Shown here in pieces: positions 27,548-37,335 of a DNA stretch of 56,628 nt. A program made the position numbers and the translations under genes. Below the pieces are notes generated by a model, which saw only the letters and a program-made list of their open reading frames with translations, did no database searches and was not told where the DNA came from. This DNA is from an uncultured Lentisphaerota bacterium (GTDB taxonomy: Bacteria > Verrucomicrobiota > Lentisphaeria > Oligosphaerales > CAITYL01), in contig CAITSE010000162.1 of assembly GCA_903894975.1 (NCBI GenBank), positions 1 through 56,628 on the forward strand, read 5' to 3'. Position 1 is the first letter of the stretch. Every line of letters starts with the position of its first letter.

Positions 27548-28297
27548 TCAGCTTCCGAGATACATGCCGCCGTCCACCGAGAGGGTTTGGGCGGAGATGT
27601 AGTCGCTTTCCGGTCCGGCCAGGAAGCGCACGGCCTTGGCCACGTCCTCGGCGGTGCCGGCGCGCTTGAGCGGGATGTTCTGCAAAAAGGCTTGTTTGGC
27701 CGCCTCGGGCAGCTTGGCGGTCATGTCGGTCAGAATGAACCCGGGGGCTACGGCGTTGACGCAGATGTTGCGCGGCGCCAGTTCCTGGGCCGCGGTCTTG
27801 GTCAAGCCGATCACGCCCGCCTTGGAGGCGCTGTAATTGGCCTGGCCCATGTTGCCGGTGCGGCCGACCACGGAGGCGATGTTGATGATCTTGCCGGATT
27901 CCTGCTTCATCATCGGCCGGGCCACGGCCTTGATGCAGTTGAACACGCCCTTGAGGTTCACGGCCAGGACGGCGTCCCAGTCTTCTTCTTTCATGCGGAT
28001 TATCAGGGTGTCGCGGGTGATGCCGGCGTTGTTGACCAGAATGTCGACGCGGCCGAACGCTTCGATCACGGCTTTGACCATGGCGTCGACGCTGTCGGCT
28101 TTGGCGACGTTGGCCGCAAAGGCCTTGGCATCCACGCCCTGGGCGCGGAATTCCGCCGCGGTGGCTTCGGCCACGTCCTGCATGATGTCCACCACCGCCA
28201 GTTTGGCGCCGTCAGCCGCCAATGCCGCGCTGATGGCCTTGCCGATGCCGCGGGCGCCGCCGGTGACCAGGGCGACTTTGCCTTCCAATGTTTTCAT
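27548..28297 (-). CDS. fabG: 3-oxoacyl-ACP reductase
   Basis: TGGARGIG, NNAGITRD, YSASK, VAPGFI. Confidence 0.96.
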   Translation of the reverse strand: MKTLEGKVALVTGGARGIGKAISAALAADGAKLAVVDIMQDVAEATAAEFRAQGVDAKAFAANVAKADSVDAMVKAVIEAFGRVDILVNNAGITRDTLIIRMKEEDWDAVLAVNLKGVFNCIKAVARPMMKQESGKIINIASVVGRTGNMGQANYSASKAGVIGLTKTAAQELAPRNICVNAVAPGFILTDMTAKLPEAAKQAFLQNIPLKRAGTAEDVAKAVRFLAGPESDYISAQTLSVDGGMYLGS

Positions 28298-28372
28298 GGT
28301 ACAATCTCGCTTTTGTGGGGGTGGGTTCGGGTTGGGGGAGGGGTTTGTCATTCGAGACTTGGCGGTTGGCTG

Positions 28373-28462
28373 GTCAGAACCGCGCGGGTAACCAAGCGGA
28401 CTCTTCTTGATCTTGAATCTTGTGATCGGGAAAGTCCGCTTACTGACGTGCGCGGTTCTGAC
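28373..28462. repeat. Long interrupted hairpin between fabD and fabG
   Basis: gtcagaaccgcgc/gcgcggttctgac outer stem, aagcggact/agtccgctt inner stem. Confidence 0.75.
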
Positions 28463-28487
28463 GGAAAAGCTGACTATCTCCCGCCGT

Positions 28488-29429
28488 TCAGCGCGCTAAA
28501 AAGCGGCCGTCGGCGGCCAATTTTTCAAGGTCGGCGGCCGCGCCGACATTGAAAACCGGCAGGGTCTTGTCAATGCGTTTCATGAACCCGCTGAGGGCGG
28601 TGCCGGGGCCGAACTCGACAAAGGCTTCGCAGCCCGCCGCCAGCATGGTCCGGACGCAGCTTTCCCAGCGCACGCTGCCGGTGATCTGCTTTTCCAGGTT
28701 GGCGCGGATCTGCTCCGGCTCGGCGACGGCGCCGCCGGTGACGTTCTGCACGACCAGGCAGGCCGGGGGCGTGAGCTTCACCCCCTTGAGCACGGCGGCA
28801 AAACGCGAGACGGCCGGAGCCATGAGCCGGGAGTGGAAGGCGCCGTCCACGGTCAGGGGAATGACGCGGGAGGCGCCGGCGGCCTTGAGCGCCTCGACCG
28901 CCTGGCCCAGAAGCGTTTTCTCGCCGCTGATGACGATCTGCCCGGGACAATTGAAATTGGCCACGTCCACGCCGTGTTCCGCGCAGATTTTTTCCACCAG
29001 CGCCGGCTCGGCGTTGAGCACGGCGGCCATGCCGCCGGCGGCGGCGTGGCAGGCGTCCTCGAAGAAGCGGCCGCGGTCCGCGACCAGGCGCACGGCGTCC
29101 TCCGCGTCCAGCGCGCCGGCCGCCACCAGGGCCGCAAACTCGCCCAGGCTCAGGCCGCCGCAGGCCGCCGGAATCGTGGCGAAGCGTTCACGAAACGCCG
29201 CCAGGCAGGCCAGGCTCATGGTGGTGATGGCCGCCTGGCAGTTGGAACTGCGGGTCAGCTCCTCCGCCGGACCGTCAAAGCAGATTTTGGCGATGTCGCG
29301 GCCCAGGGCGCGGTTGGCCAGGTCGAACACGGCGCGGGCGGCGGCGGAACTCTCCGCCAGGTCCCGGCCCATGCCGACCGCCTGGGCGCCCTGCCCGGCG
29401 AACATGAAAGCAACTTTGTTGAAGGCCAT
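28488..29429 (-). CDS. fabD: Malonyl-CoA:ACP transacylase
   Basis: FAGQGAQ, GLSLGE, ANFNCPGQ, GAFHS, EFGPG. Confidence 0.95.
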   Translation of the reverse strand: MAFNKVAFMFAGQGAQAVGMGRDLAESSAAARAVFDLANRALGRDIAKICFDGPAEELTRSSNCQAAITTMSLACLAAFRERFATIPAACGGLSLGEFAALVAAGALDAEDAVRLVADRGRFFEDACHAAAGGMAAVLNAEPALVEKICAEHGVDVANFNCPGQIVISGEKTLLGQAVEALKAAGASRVIPLTVDGAFHSRLMAPAVSRFAAVLKGVKLTPPACLVVQNVTGGAVAEPEQIRANLEKQITGSVRWESCVRTMLAAGCEAFVEFGPGTALSGFMKRIDKTLPVFNVGAAADLEKLAADGRFLAR

Positions 29430-29520
29430 GCGAAATTCTCCTTAGTCCGGATTATTCATGAGAGACCAGCTCGCTTCATCGCGGTCGCGACTCTGACAAA
29501 ATTTGTGTCTGAAATTGAAG

Positions 29521-29710
29521 GGTTCAGGGTTCAGGGTTCAGGGTTCAGGGTTCAGGGTTCGGGGTTCAGGGTTCGGGGAAAGCAAAGAAGGGGACGGGGC
29601 GGGGATGAAAAAGCGGCGGAACGGGAAAGACGGGAAATGGTATGGTGATGTGTCGGTCGTTCCCCTGATCACATCCTGAACCCTGAACCCCGCATCCTGA
29701 ACCCTGATCC
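29521..29710. repeat. Inverted heptamer tracts GGGTTCA / CCTGAAC between fabH and fabD
   Basis: About eight GGGTTCA/GGGTTCG units from ~29520, complementary tract at ~29674-29708. Confidence 0.9.
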
Positions 29711-29716
29711 TCAGCC

Positions 29717-30706
29717 TTACCACTTGATGACCGAGGCGCCCCAGGTGAGGCCGGCGCCGAATGCGGTGAGCAGCAGGTATTCGCCGCGTTTGACCTGTCC
29801 GGAACGGACGATCTCATCCAGGGCGATGGGAATGCTGGCGGCGGAGGTGTTGCCGTAGCGTTGGATGTTGATGTAGACCTTGTCTTCGGGCACTTCCAGG
29901 TACTTGCCGACGCTGGAGATGATGCGCAGGTTCGCCTGGTGCGGGATGACCCAGCGGATGTCGTCATGGGTGATGCCGGCCTTTTCCATGACCGCCCGCG
30001 AGGAGCCCACCATGGCGTTGACCGCGAGCTTGAAGACTTCGCGTCCTTCCATTTTGATGCAGTTTTGGTGGGAGGCGACATCTTCGACGGTGAGCGGCTT
30101 CATGGAGCCGCCGGCAGCGGTGCGGAGGAGGTCGGTGTAACGGCCGTCGGCGCCGAGCTTGACTGATTTCAGGCAATCGTGCCCCGGCGTGGTCTGCTTG
30201 AGCACCACGGCCCCGGCGCCGTCGCCGAAGAGCACGCAGGTGTTGCGGTCGGTCCAGTCAACCAGGGAGGAGATTTTTTCGGCGCCGACCAGCAGGATGT
30301 TGCGGTAGTTGCCGGAACGGATGAGGTTGGCGGCCAGTTCCAGGCCGTAGAGGAAGCCGGTGCAGGCGGCCTCGATGGAGACGGCGGCGGCATTGAAGGC
30401 GCCGAGCCGCTTCTGCAGGTAGCAGCCGGTGTTGGGGAAGATGTTGTCCCCGGTGAAGGTGGCGACGAGGATGTAGTCCAGTTCCTCGGCTTTCATGCCG
30501 GCGGCGTCGAGGGCGCGGCAGGCGGCCTCATAAGCCAGGGCGGAGGTTGGTTCGTCCGCGGCGGCGATGTGTCGCTCCTCGATGCCGGTCCGGGTGCGGA
30601 TCCAGTCATCCGAGGTTTCGACCATTTTTGCCAGGTCATGGTTGGTTAGGACCCGGGCCGGCACATAGGAACCGGTTCCGGCAATTGTAACCCCGTGGTG
30701 TTGCAT
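29717..30706 (-). CDS. fabH: Beta-ketoacyl-ACP synthase III
   Basis: AACTGF, LFGDGAGA, PHQAN, YGNTSAAS. Confidence 0.96.
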   Translation of the reverse strand: MQHHGVTIAGTGSYVPARVLTNHDLAKMVETSDDWIRTRTGIEERHIAAADEPTSALAYEAACRALDAAGMKAEELDYILVATFTGDNIFPNTGCYLQKRLGAFNAAAVSIEAACTGFLYGLELAANLIRSGNYRNILLVGAEKISSLVDWTDRNTCVLFGDGAGAVVLKQTTPGHDCLKSVKLGADGRYTDLLRTAAGGSMKPLTVEDVASHQNCIKMEGREVFKLAVNAMVGSSRAVMEKAGITHDDIRWVIPHQANLRIISSVGKYLEVPEDKVYINIQRYGNTSAASIPIALDEIVRSGQVKRGEYLLLTAFGAGLTWGASVIKW

Positions 30707-30767
30707 CACTCACCCACTTCCTTAACTGAACCGAAATCTGCTTCCCGCCGTCTGCGCCGGCGCCCGG

Positions 30768-31799
30768 TCATGGTGCCGGTGCGGCGGGGACGGAACCCAG
30801 GGCTTGGACACGCTTGACGATCCGTTCGTTGACACCGTGATCGAGGAATTCCTGCACCACGCGCAGGCCGTTCCGGATCGCCTTGGCGTTGGAGCCGCCG
30901 TGGCACTTGAAGACGGCGCCGTTGACGCCGAGGAACGGGGCGCCGCCGTATTCGGAATAGTCGCCGATCTGCCGGAGTTCATTCAACGCTCCGTAGGCGA
31001 GGACGCCACCCAGGACGCGCACCGGCGATTTCTTGAGATTTTCCTTGAGGATGTGCCCCAGCGCCTTGGCCAGGCCTTCGGCGCACTTGAGGATGACATT
31101 GCCCACAAATCCGTCGCACACCGCCACATCGACACGCCCTTCAAAAAGGTCGTTGCCTTCGACGTTGCCGATAAAATTCAGGTTCGGCGTCTGCTGTAAA
31201 AGCTGGTAGGCGCTCCGGGTCAGGTCATTGCCCTTTTCGGGCTCGGTGCCGTTGCTTACCAGGCCCACTCGCGGCTTGGCATGGCCCAGGATTTCCCGGG
31301 AATAGATGTCACCCATGATGGCGAAGTGCAGCAGGTGCTCGGCCTTGGAGTCCGCGTTCGCCCCGGCGTCCAGCAGGATGAAACGCCCCCGACGCGAGGG
31401 CAGGATGGTGGCGATGGCGGCCCGTTCGATGCCCGGCAGGGTCCGCAGTTTCACGGTGGAAACCATGAGGGTGGCGCCGGTGTTGCCGGCGCTGAGCACG
31501 GCCCGGGCCAGCCCCTGCCTGACCAGGTCTACCGCCACGGTAATGGAAGATTGCTTTTTGCCGCGGACGGCGGCCGTGGCCGCCTCGTCCATGCGCACGA
31601 CTTCGGGGGCGTGTACCACGGTGATTTTGGGGTGTCGCGCCTTGCCGGCGTGAGCCAGCTCCGCCAGGACCTGAGCCTCGTCACCCACCAGGAGCAACGG
31701 ACTGAGGCCGGGGTACATGTCCAGGGCTTCACACACGCCCCGAACCGTGGCGCGAGGTGCGTGATCCCCGCCCATAATATCAACGGCAATCGGCAGCAT
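30768..31799 (-). CDS. plsX: Phosphate acyltransferase PlsX
   Basis: IAVDIMGGDHAP, SAGNTGA, LDAGAN, CDGFVGN. Confidence 0.95.
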   Translation of the reverse strand: MLPIAVDIMGGDHAPRATVRGVCEALDMYPGLSPLLLVGDEAQVLAELAHAGKARHPKITVVHAPEVVRMDEAATAAVRGKKQSSITVAVDLVRQGLARAVLSAGNTGATLMVSTVKLRTLPGIERAAIATILPSRRGRFILLDAGANADSKAEHLLHFAIMGDIYSREILGHAKPRVGLVSNGTEPEKGNDLTRSAYQLLQQTPNLNFIGNVEGNDLFEGRVDVAVCDGFVGNVILKCAEGLAKALGHILKENLKKSPVRVLGGVLAYGALNELRQIGDYSEYGGAPFLGVNGAVFKCHGGSNAKAIRNGLRVVQEFLDHGVNERIVKRVQALGSVPAAPAP

Positions 31800-31807
31800 A
31801 TCGCTTT

Positions 31808-31990
31808 TTATTCGGCCGCGACGGTCACCACCTGCCGCCCCGCGTAGACCCCGCACTTGGCGCAGATCCGATGGGGCATTTTGGCGGCTCCGCAGGCCGG
31901 GCATTTCGAGGTTTGGATGCCCTTATAGCGGTTGGCGGCTTTCCGCTGACGCTTCTTCTGCTTGGAAACTTTGCTTTGTTGCAAGGCCAT
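31808..31990 (-). CDS. rpmF: 50S ribosomal protein L32
   Basis: Basic N-terminus, CPACG..PHRICAKCGVY zinc ribbon; yceD-rpmF-plsX synteny. Confidence 0.95.
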   Translation of the reverse strand: MALQQSKVSKQKKRQRKAANRYKGIQTSKCPACGAAKMPHRICAKCGVYAGRQVVTVAAE

Positions 31991-32036
31991 GGCGATGATC
32001 TCCAGTTCTGGCACACCGGCGGCTTGCCGGACGTGT

Positions 32037-32549
32037 TTAATTCAGGGATGGGTCGTGCTTGCCGGAACCGAGGTCCAGCGAATCCAGAGCCCCCCATGCA
32101 GAGGGGGACCCGCCGCCCCGGTGACAGCCACAATCACGAACGTTCAGATTCTGCCCGCATTCCGGGCAAAGACCCTGACATTCGCCGGAACATAAATTCC
32201 GCGCCGGGAAAGCCAGTAAAATATCTTCCCGAACGTCCTCCGTCAAATCCAACACGTCTTCTTCGTAGTTAAGATAGGTATGGGAGACCGGGATTTCCGG
32301 CAGTTCGCAGGTGAAATAGGTCAGACACCGGTCGCACCGGCAGCGCAAGACCCCCGCCGCCGTCCCCGCCACCACCACCGCGCCGATCACCACCGTGACC
32401 TGCAGGTCGATCCGGAACGGCCCCGCCACGCTCACCCGGTCCTCCGGGGGCGGCAGGTCCAGGAGGGTGTCGGTCACCTCCCCGGCCACCCGGATCCCTT
32501 CCGGAGGCAGGCCTTTGATCTGAACTTGTAAAAAAGTTTGGTTTTTCAT
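32037..32549 (-). CDS. yceD: YceD / DUF177 protein
   Basis: CDRCL, LDLTEDVREDILL, CSGECQGLCPECGQNLN. Confidence 0.9.
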   Translation of the reverse strand: MKNQTFLQVQIKGLPPEGIRVAGEVTDTLLDLPPPEDRVSVAGPFRIDLQVTVVIGAVVVAGTAAGVLRCRCDRCLTYFTCELPEIPVSHTYLNYEEDVLDLTEDVREDILLAFPARNLCSGECQGLCPECGQNLNVRDCGCHRGGGSPSAWGALDSLDLGSGKHDPSLN

Positions 32550-32566
32550 GGGAAATTGAATTCATG

Positions 32567-32642
32567 GAACAGAAGGGCGCAAAGGTCACGAAGGGGTTGC
32601 TTTGGAGGAACGGCCTTTGTGTCCTTTGCGAGCTTCTGTTCA
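32567..32642. repeat. AACAGAAG-family palindrome
   Basis: gaacagaagggcgcaaaggtcacgaagg ... cctttgtgtcctttgcgagcttctgttc; preceded by ttgaattca, as is the 13516 copy. Confidence 0.85.
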
Positions 32643-32661
32643 AAAAAAAGTTTTGGCCCGG

Positions 32662-33147
32662 CTACGCGTATTTCTTCCGCAACGCCTCGGCGATCACCGG
32701 CGGGACGAAGGGTGAGACATCGCCGTGCAGCCGGGCAATGTCCCGGATCATGGTCGAACTGACAAAGGAATATTCCGGGCTCGGCATCAGGAAGATGGTT
32801 TCGCAGCGGGGGTCGAGTTCCCGGTTCATCAGGGCCATTTGGAATTCCCATTCGAAATCGGAGACGGCCCGCAGGCCGCGGACGACCGCCAGGGCGCCGA
32901 GCCGGCGCACTTCCGACGCTAGCAGCCCGGAATAGGAGGCGATGCGTACGCCGGGGATGCCGGCGCAGACCGCGCTCAACTGGGCCAGCCGCTCTTCTTC
33001 GCTGAAGATCGGTTCTTTGGTGATGTTCCGCCCGATCGCCACGACCAGCTCGTCAAACAGCCGCGCCGCCCGGCGCACCACGTCCACATGCCCGTTGGTG
33101 ACCGGATCGAACGATCCGGGATAAATTGCAATGCGTCCGCCGCCCAT
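32662..33147 (-). CDS. coaD: Phosphopantetheine adenylyltransferase
   Basis: YPGSFDPVTNGH, RGLRAVSDFE, VSSTMIR. Confidence 0.97.
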   Translation of the reverse strand: MGGGRIAIYPGSFDPVTNGHVDVVRRAARLFDELVVAIGRNITKEPIFSEEERLAQLSAVCAGIPGVRIASYSGLLASEVRRLGALAVVRGLRAVSDFEWEFQMALMNRELDPRCETIFLMPSPEYSFVSSTMIRDIARLHGDVSPFVPPVIAEALRKKYA

Positions 33148-33575
33148 GTCGCGCCGCCTTTCCGCAGGCCGTCGGCCCGCCGTCCTTCAACATAATCCCC
33201 AACCCCGCGTTGTCATGCCCCGGCCCGGACAACCCGGAACCGCGCCGGTTCAGGATTTCCCGGCGGCGCGGACCCCAAAGCCTCGGATCCCCTCCGGCGA
33301 TTCTTTGGCACCGCCATTTTCCGCGCTCTGTACGCCGCGTTCGTGAAGCTTTGACCGCTGCCCCGACTGGACGCCCCCGGGAACGCCGAGCCCCAGCTCG
33401 GCAAGTCGATTTCACGAATTGTTTTGCCCGCGAAACACGCGAAAGTGCGCGAAAAAGATGCCCGCGCCCCCCCTTGGTGTTTTCTTGCGTCCTGTTGCCG
33501 GAAAACCATACCCGACGGAGTGGGGGACGGCAAGCCGTTGTGCGGGAGCGCGTCGGATTTGCCGCCGGCATTTCT

Positions 33576-33750
33576 CATCCCAAAGGGATGACAGTCGGTA
33601 GCTGGTGGTTGAGCGAGGCCCCGCGAGCGACGCCACCGCCGTTCCCCCCGGTCGCTGGCACCCCGACCGGGGTGCCGACATTCTACGATTCATGCCCGGT
33701 GGTGTCGCTGCGCTCAACCACCGGCTACCGGCTGCGACACCTCCGGTGTG
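33576..33750. repeat. REPIN-like nested palindrome, copy 2
   Basis: catcccaaagggatg..ggtggttgagcg ... cgctcaaccaccggcta..gacacctccggtgt. Confidence 0.85.
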
Positions 33751-34017
33751 ATCTTGGACCGGCTGTGACAGCTTTGGTGTCCATCAATTACCACCCCCGC
33801 AGTGCCACGCGTTCATGCATTTTGGCCAAACTCGGATACACTATGCGTCTGCAAGCTCCGGTTTCTCCTGCGGGAAACGAAATCCAAATCGGGATCGCCA
33901 GCGAAATCGAAAAAAAAGCGAATTCGATGCCGATGCCGATAGCGATTTCGCCCCCGGAGAGATCAAGTCCCGGTGGCAATCCAAGCCGCCACCATCCTCG
34001 ACGGAATGATGATCTGC

Positions 34018-35400
34018 ATGCCGACCCTCCTCGCCATTACCCTTCAAACCATCCGCGCCGGATTCCGGCTCCGGCTTTTTCATCTGCTGCTGGGGCTGGC
34101 CCTGCTCATCGGCATCGCCTTGCCGCTGACCATCCGGGGCGACGGCACCGCCACGGGTGAGATTCAGCTCACGCTCACTTACACCCTCGGCCTTCTGAAC
34201 CTGCTGATCTCCGCCTCGGCCCTGTGGGTGGCCAGTACCAGCCTGTCCCGCGAAATCGAGGGCTACCAGATGCACCTGGTCCAGAATTCCGCCGCCACCC
34301 GGACCCGGATCTGGCTGGGCAAGTGGCTCGGGGTCTGGGCGCTCCACGCCGCGGTGCTGGTCATCGCCGCCGCCGCCGCCGCCGCCGCGCTGCATTGGCG
34401 GATGCAGTCTTGGACCTATTCCGCGGAGGAGCGTGAAAAGGCCCGCAACGAAGTGCTGACCGGCCGCCGCGAGTATCGTCCCGCGCCGCCAGACTACCCC
34501 GCCTTTGTCACGGCCCAGTATGAACGTCTGAAGGCCGCCGGCCAACTCGACCCCGCCCACAACCCGGCTTATGTCAAAGGTGAACTTCTGCGGCTTATCA
34601 AGGCCAAAAGCACCGAGGTGCCGGCCGGCGCCGTCCGCCCCTGGCGTTTTACCGGCGTGGAACCGCCGGCGACGGCCGACGGCCGCATCTTCCTGCGCTT
34701 CCGCCACTACATCGGTGGCACCTCCCGCAGCAGCCAGCGCCTGACCGAGGGCGTCTGGGCCGTGCGCGACCCTGTCGACACCGAAGGCCGCCCGCGGGAT
34801 CTCGCTGTCCGTATGGCTACCGGCTCGTTCCATGAAATCATTCTCACCCCGGATCTGGTCTCCAAGGACGGCTTGGTGGATGTCGTCTATATCAATGCGG
34901 ACGCCGCCGGCAGTTCCGTGATGTTCCAGGAGGCCGACGGCCCGGTCCTGCTCATCCCCGCCACCGGATTTTATGCCAATTACACTCGCGGCATCTTGCT
35001 GATTCTTCTGCAGATCGCGTTTCTCGCCGCCCTGGGCGTCACGGTCAGCGGCCTGTTCTCCAGCCCCGTCGCCATGTTCGCCGCCGCCGCCTACCTGGTC
35101 ATCGGTCTGCTCATGGAGGCGGCCGTGGATGCCCCGGCCAAGGACGAATTCGGCGCCTACCAGTACAAGGACCTCAGCGAACACGCCATGCATCTGGTCG
35201 CCCGCACCGCCCAGGTCCTGGTGGTGTCGGTCGATGATTTTGACGCCACCGGCGACTTGATTCGCGGCCGTCTCATCAGCGGCGAAAAACTGGTTCAAAC
35301 CACCGGCCTCATGCTCGGCCTGCGCATCTTTCCGCTCGCCCTCCTCGGCGTCTGGGTCTTCCGCCGCCGCGAACTCGGCCTCGTCGTCCGCCAATCTTAA
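34018..35400 (+). CDS. ABC-2-type permease-like membrane protein with extracytoplasmic insert
   Basis: Multiple TM helices; SLSREIE..Q......TRTRIWLGKWLG; C-terminal FRRREL. Confidence 0.75.
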   Translation: MPTLLAITLQTIRAGFRLRLFHLLLGLALLIGIALPLTIRGDGTATGEIQLTLTYTLGLLNLLISASALWVASTSLSREIEGYQMHLVQNSAATRTRIWLGKWLGVWALHAAVLVIAAAAAAAALHWRMQSWTYSAEEREKARNEVLTGRREYRPAPPDYPAFVTAQYERLKAAGQLDPAHNPAYVKGELLRLIKAKSTEVPAGAVRPWRFTGVEPPATADGRIFLRFRHYIGGTSRSSQRLTEGVWAVRDPVDTEGRPRDLAVRMATGSFHEIILTPDLVSKDGLVDVVYINADAAGSSVMFQEADGPVLLIPATGFYANYTRGILLILLQIAFLAALGVTVSGLFSSPVAMFAAAAYLVIGLLMEAAVDAPAKDEFGAYQYKDLSEHAMHLVARTAQVLVVSVDDFDATGDLIRGRLISGEKLVQTTGLMLGLRIFPLALLGVWVFRRRELGLVVRQS

Positions 35401-35410
35401 ACTCGTTTTT

Positions 35411-35488
35411 TTGAACAGAAGTTCGCAAAGAACACAAAGAAGTGTTTCAATCCCGCCCCCTTTGTGCCCTTTGCGGCCTTCTGTTCAA
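35411..35488. repeat. AACAGAAG-family palindrome
   Basis: ttgaacagaagttcgcaaagaacacaaag ... ctttgtgccctttgcggccttctgttcaa. Confidence 0.85.
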
Positions 35489-35529
35489 CAAATTCAGATG
35501 TCTTGTAACGAATTCAGGTTAAGCCACTC

Positions 35530-37107
35530 ATGAACCGGACCGGACAACTTTTCCGCGCCCTCGGCGTTCTGGCCGCAGCCTTCCTGCTGCTCGCCGGGCT
35601 GCATGTTGTTCAGGCGGACATGAACCGGCAGCGCGCCGCCCATGAACTGACTGAAACCGCGCCGTTGGAAAACGCCCCGCCCGTGATCGCCTTCACCACC
35701 GTCGCCCTGGGCGGGTTCCGCGGCCTGGTGGCGGACTATCTCTGGCTGCGCGCCAACCGTCTTCAGGACGAAGGGCGCTATTACGAACTCTTCCAGCTTG
35801 CCTCCTGGATCGTCAAGCTCCAGCCCCGCTTCACCGGCGCCACCGCCTACCTGGCCTGGAACATGTCCTACAACATCTCCGTCACCTGCAACGAATTCCC
35901 CGACCGCTGGCGCTGGGTCAATCGCGGCATCGAACTCATCCGCGACGAAGCTCTGATCTACAACCCCGCCGACCCCCTGCTGTACAAGGAACTGGCCTGG
36001 ATCTATCACCACAAGCTCGGCCAGGACATGGATGACGCCAACCGCTATTACAAGATCCAGCTCGCCCGCCAGATGACCGTCGCCCTCGGTGACCCGCCCG
36101 TGGACTGGGCGCCCCTCATCGCCGCGCCGGTCAACGAAACCGAGCTTCGCGCCCGCCTTGCCGCCGGCTCCCCGTTGTGGACGGTGCTGACGGAAAAAGG
36201 GTTGTCCCTGCGCGAACTGGAAATCCGTTTCGCCGCCGGCGATGGCGCTATCCCCGAACCCGCCGCCTCCGCCAAGCTCATCCCTGCCGACCGCCAGACT
36301 CTTCTGCTCTATCTCCGCCGGCACCGCCTCACCGCCGACCTCAAGCTCGACCCCGTCCGCCTCGCCGCACTCACCAAACGCTATGGCCCGCTGGACTGGC
36401 GCCTGCCCCAGGCCCACGCCGTCTACTGGGCCGAACGCGGCCTGGAATTCGTCCCCGGCCGCAAGGAAATCAACTGCGAACGCGTCCTCTTCCAATCCCT
36501 CGGCCAGGCCTTCCGTTCCGGACGCCTGATCTACGCCGGCAGCATTGAAACCCTCGAAACCACCCCGAACCTCGAACTCTTCGATTCCGCCAACCAGGCC
36601 TACCTCGACTCCATCAACCGGCACCTGGACTCCAACGCCAACCGCTCCGGCCATGAAAATTTCCTCATCGACGCCGCCGTCGAATTCTATAAGTTCGGCC
36701 GCACCCGCAAGGCCAAGGAAATCCTGGAAATGCTCCGCAAGAGCTCGGACAACCCCAAGTTCCGCCAGCCTCTCGACGAATTCGTCCTCGGTGAACTCGC
36801 CAGCGACATTAGCATGGCCTCCCAGGGCCAGGCCCAGGCCGCGGTTCAGGGCTACCTCGTCCAGTCCATGGCCGCCCTGGCCTATGGCGACGACGAGCGC
36901 GCCGCCGCCTTCGAACTCATCGGCCGCAAGATCTGGGCCAAGTACATGGCCTCCATCGGTGCGGAAACCAAGGATCGTCGCGGCTTGGCGCCCTTTGACC
37001 AGATCAAGCTCAAGACCCTCGAATACTGCCGCAAAAACTTCCCCCCCGTCCTGACCAACCGCCTCCCCGAAGTGCCCAAGGCGCTGCCCCCGCCCCCCGC
37101 CCCTTGA
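35530..37107 (+). CDS. Membrane-anchored helical (TPR-like) protein associated with ABC permease
   Basis: N-terminal TM; LGGFRGLVADYLWLRA, LQPRF, AWNMSYNIS, YNP..LYKELAW motifs. Confidence 0.7.
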   Translation: MNRTGQLFRALGVLAAAFLLLAGLHVVQADMNRQRAAHELTETAPLENAPPVIAFTTVALGGFRGLVADYLWLRANRLQDEGRYYELFQLASWIVKLQPRFTGATAYLAWNMSYNISVTCNEFPDRWRWVNRGIELIRDEALIYNPADPLLYKELAWIYHHKLGQDMDDANRYYKIQLARQMTVALGDPPVDWAPLIAAPVNETELRARLAAGSPLWTVLTEKGLSLRELEIRFAAGDGAIPEPAASAKLIPADRQTLLLYLRRHRLTADLKLDPVRLAALTKRYGPLDWRLPQAHAVYWAERGLEFVPGRKEINCERVLFQSLGQAFRSGRLIYAGSIETLETTPNLELFDSANQAYLDSINRHLDSNANRSGHENFLIDAAVEFYKFGRTRKAKEILEMLRKSSDNPKFRQPLDEFVLGELASDISMASQGQAQAAVQGYLVQSMAALAYGDDERAAAFELIGRKIWAKYMASIGAETKDRRGLAPFDQIKLKTLEYCRKNFPPVLTNRLPEVPKALPPPPAP

Positions 37108-37145
37108 GCGCGGTTTCCGCGCCTGAGCCGGGTTGAGCCCCCGCA

Positions 37146-37335
37146 GGGCATGCGCGTCAACTTAAGGAAAAAATCGAACGTCGAACATTGAACATTGAAC
37201 GTCGAAGGAAAACCCGGTCGGTTTGAACTTAGATTTATCGCATGACTTCCAATTCGACGTTGGACGTTCAATGTTCGACGTTCGCAATTAGTTGTTTTCT
37301 AGAAGATTATGGTTTTTAAGTTTACGCGCATGCCC
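37146..37335 (+). mobile_element. MITE-like element (~190 bp) with 20-bp terminal inverted repeats
   Basis: GGGCATGCGCGTCAACTTAA ... TTAAGTTTACGCGCATGCCC (one mismatch), GCA on both sides, internal inverted AACGTCG/AACATTG heptamer tracts. Confidence 0.8.

Noticed and set aside
33126-34017. 344-aa and other ORFs in the coaD-permease spacer
   Set aside because: Translations of stacked REP-like repeats; no RBS or protein-like composition
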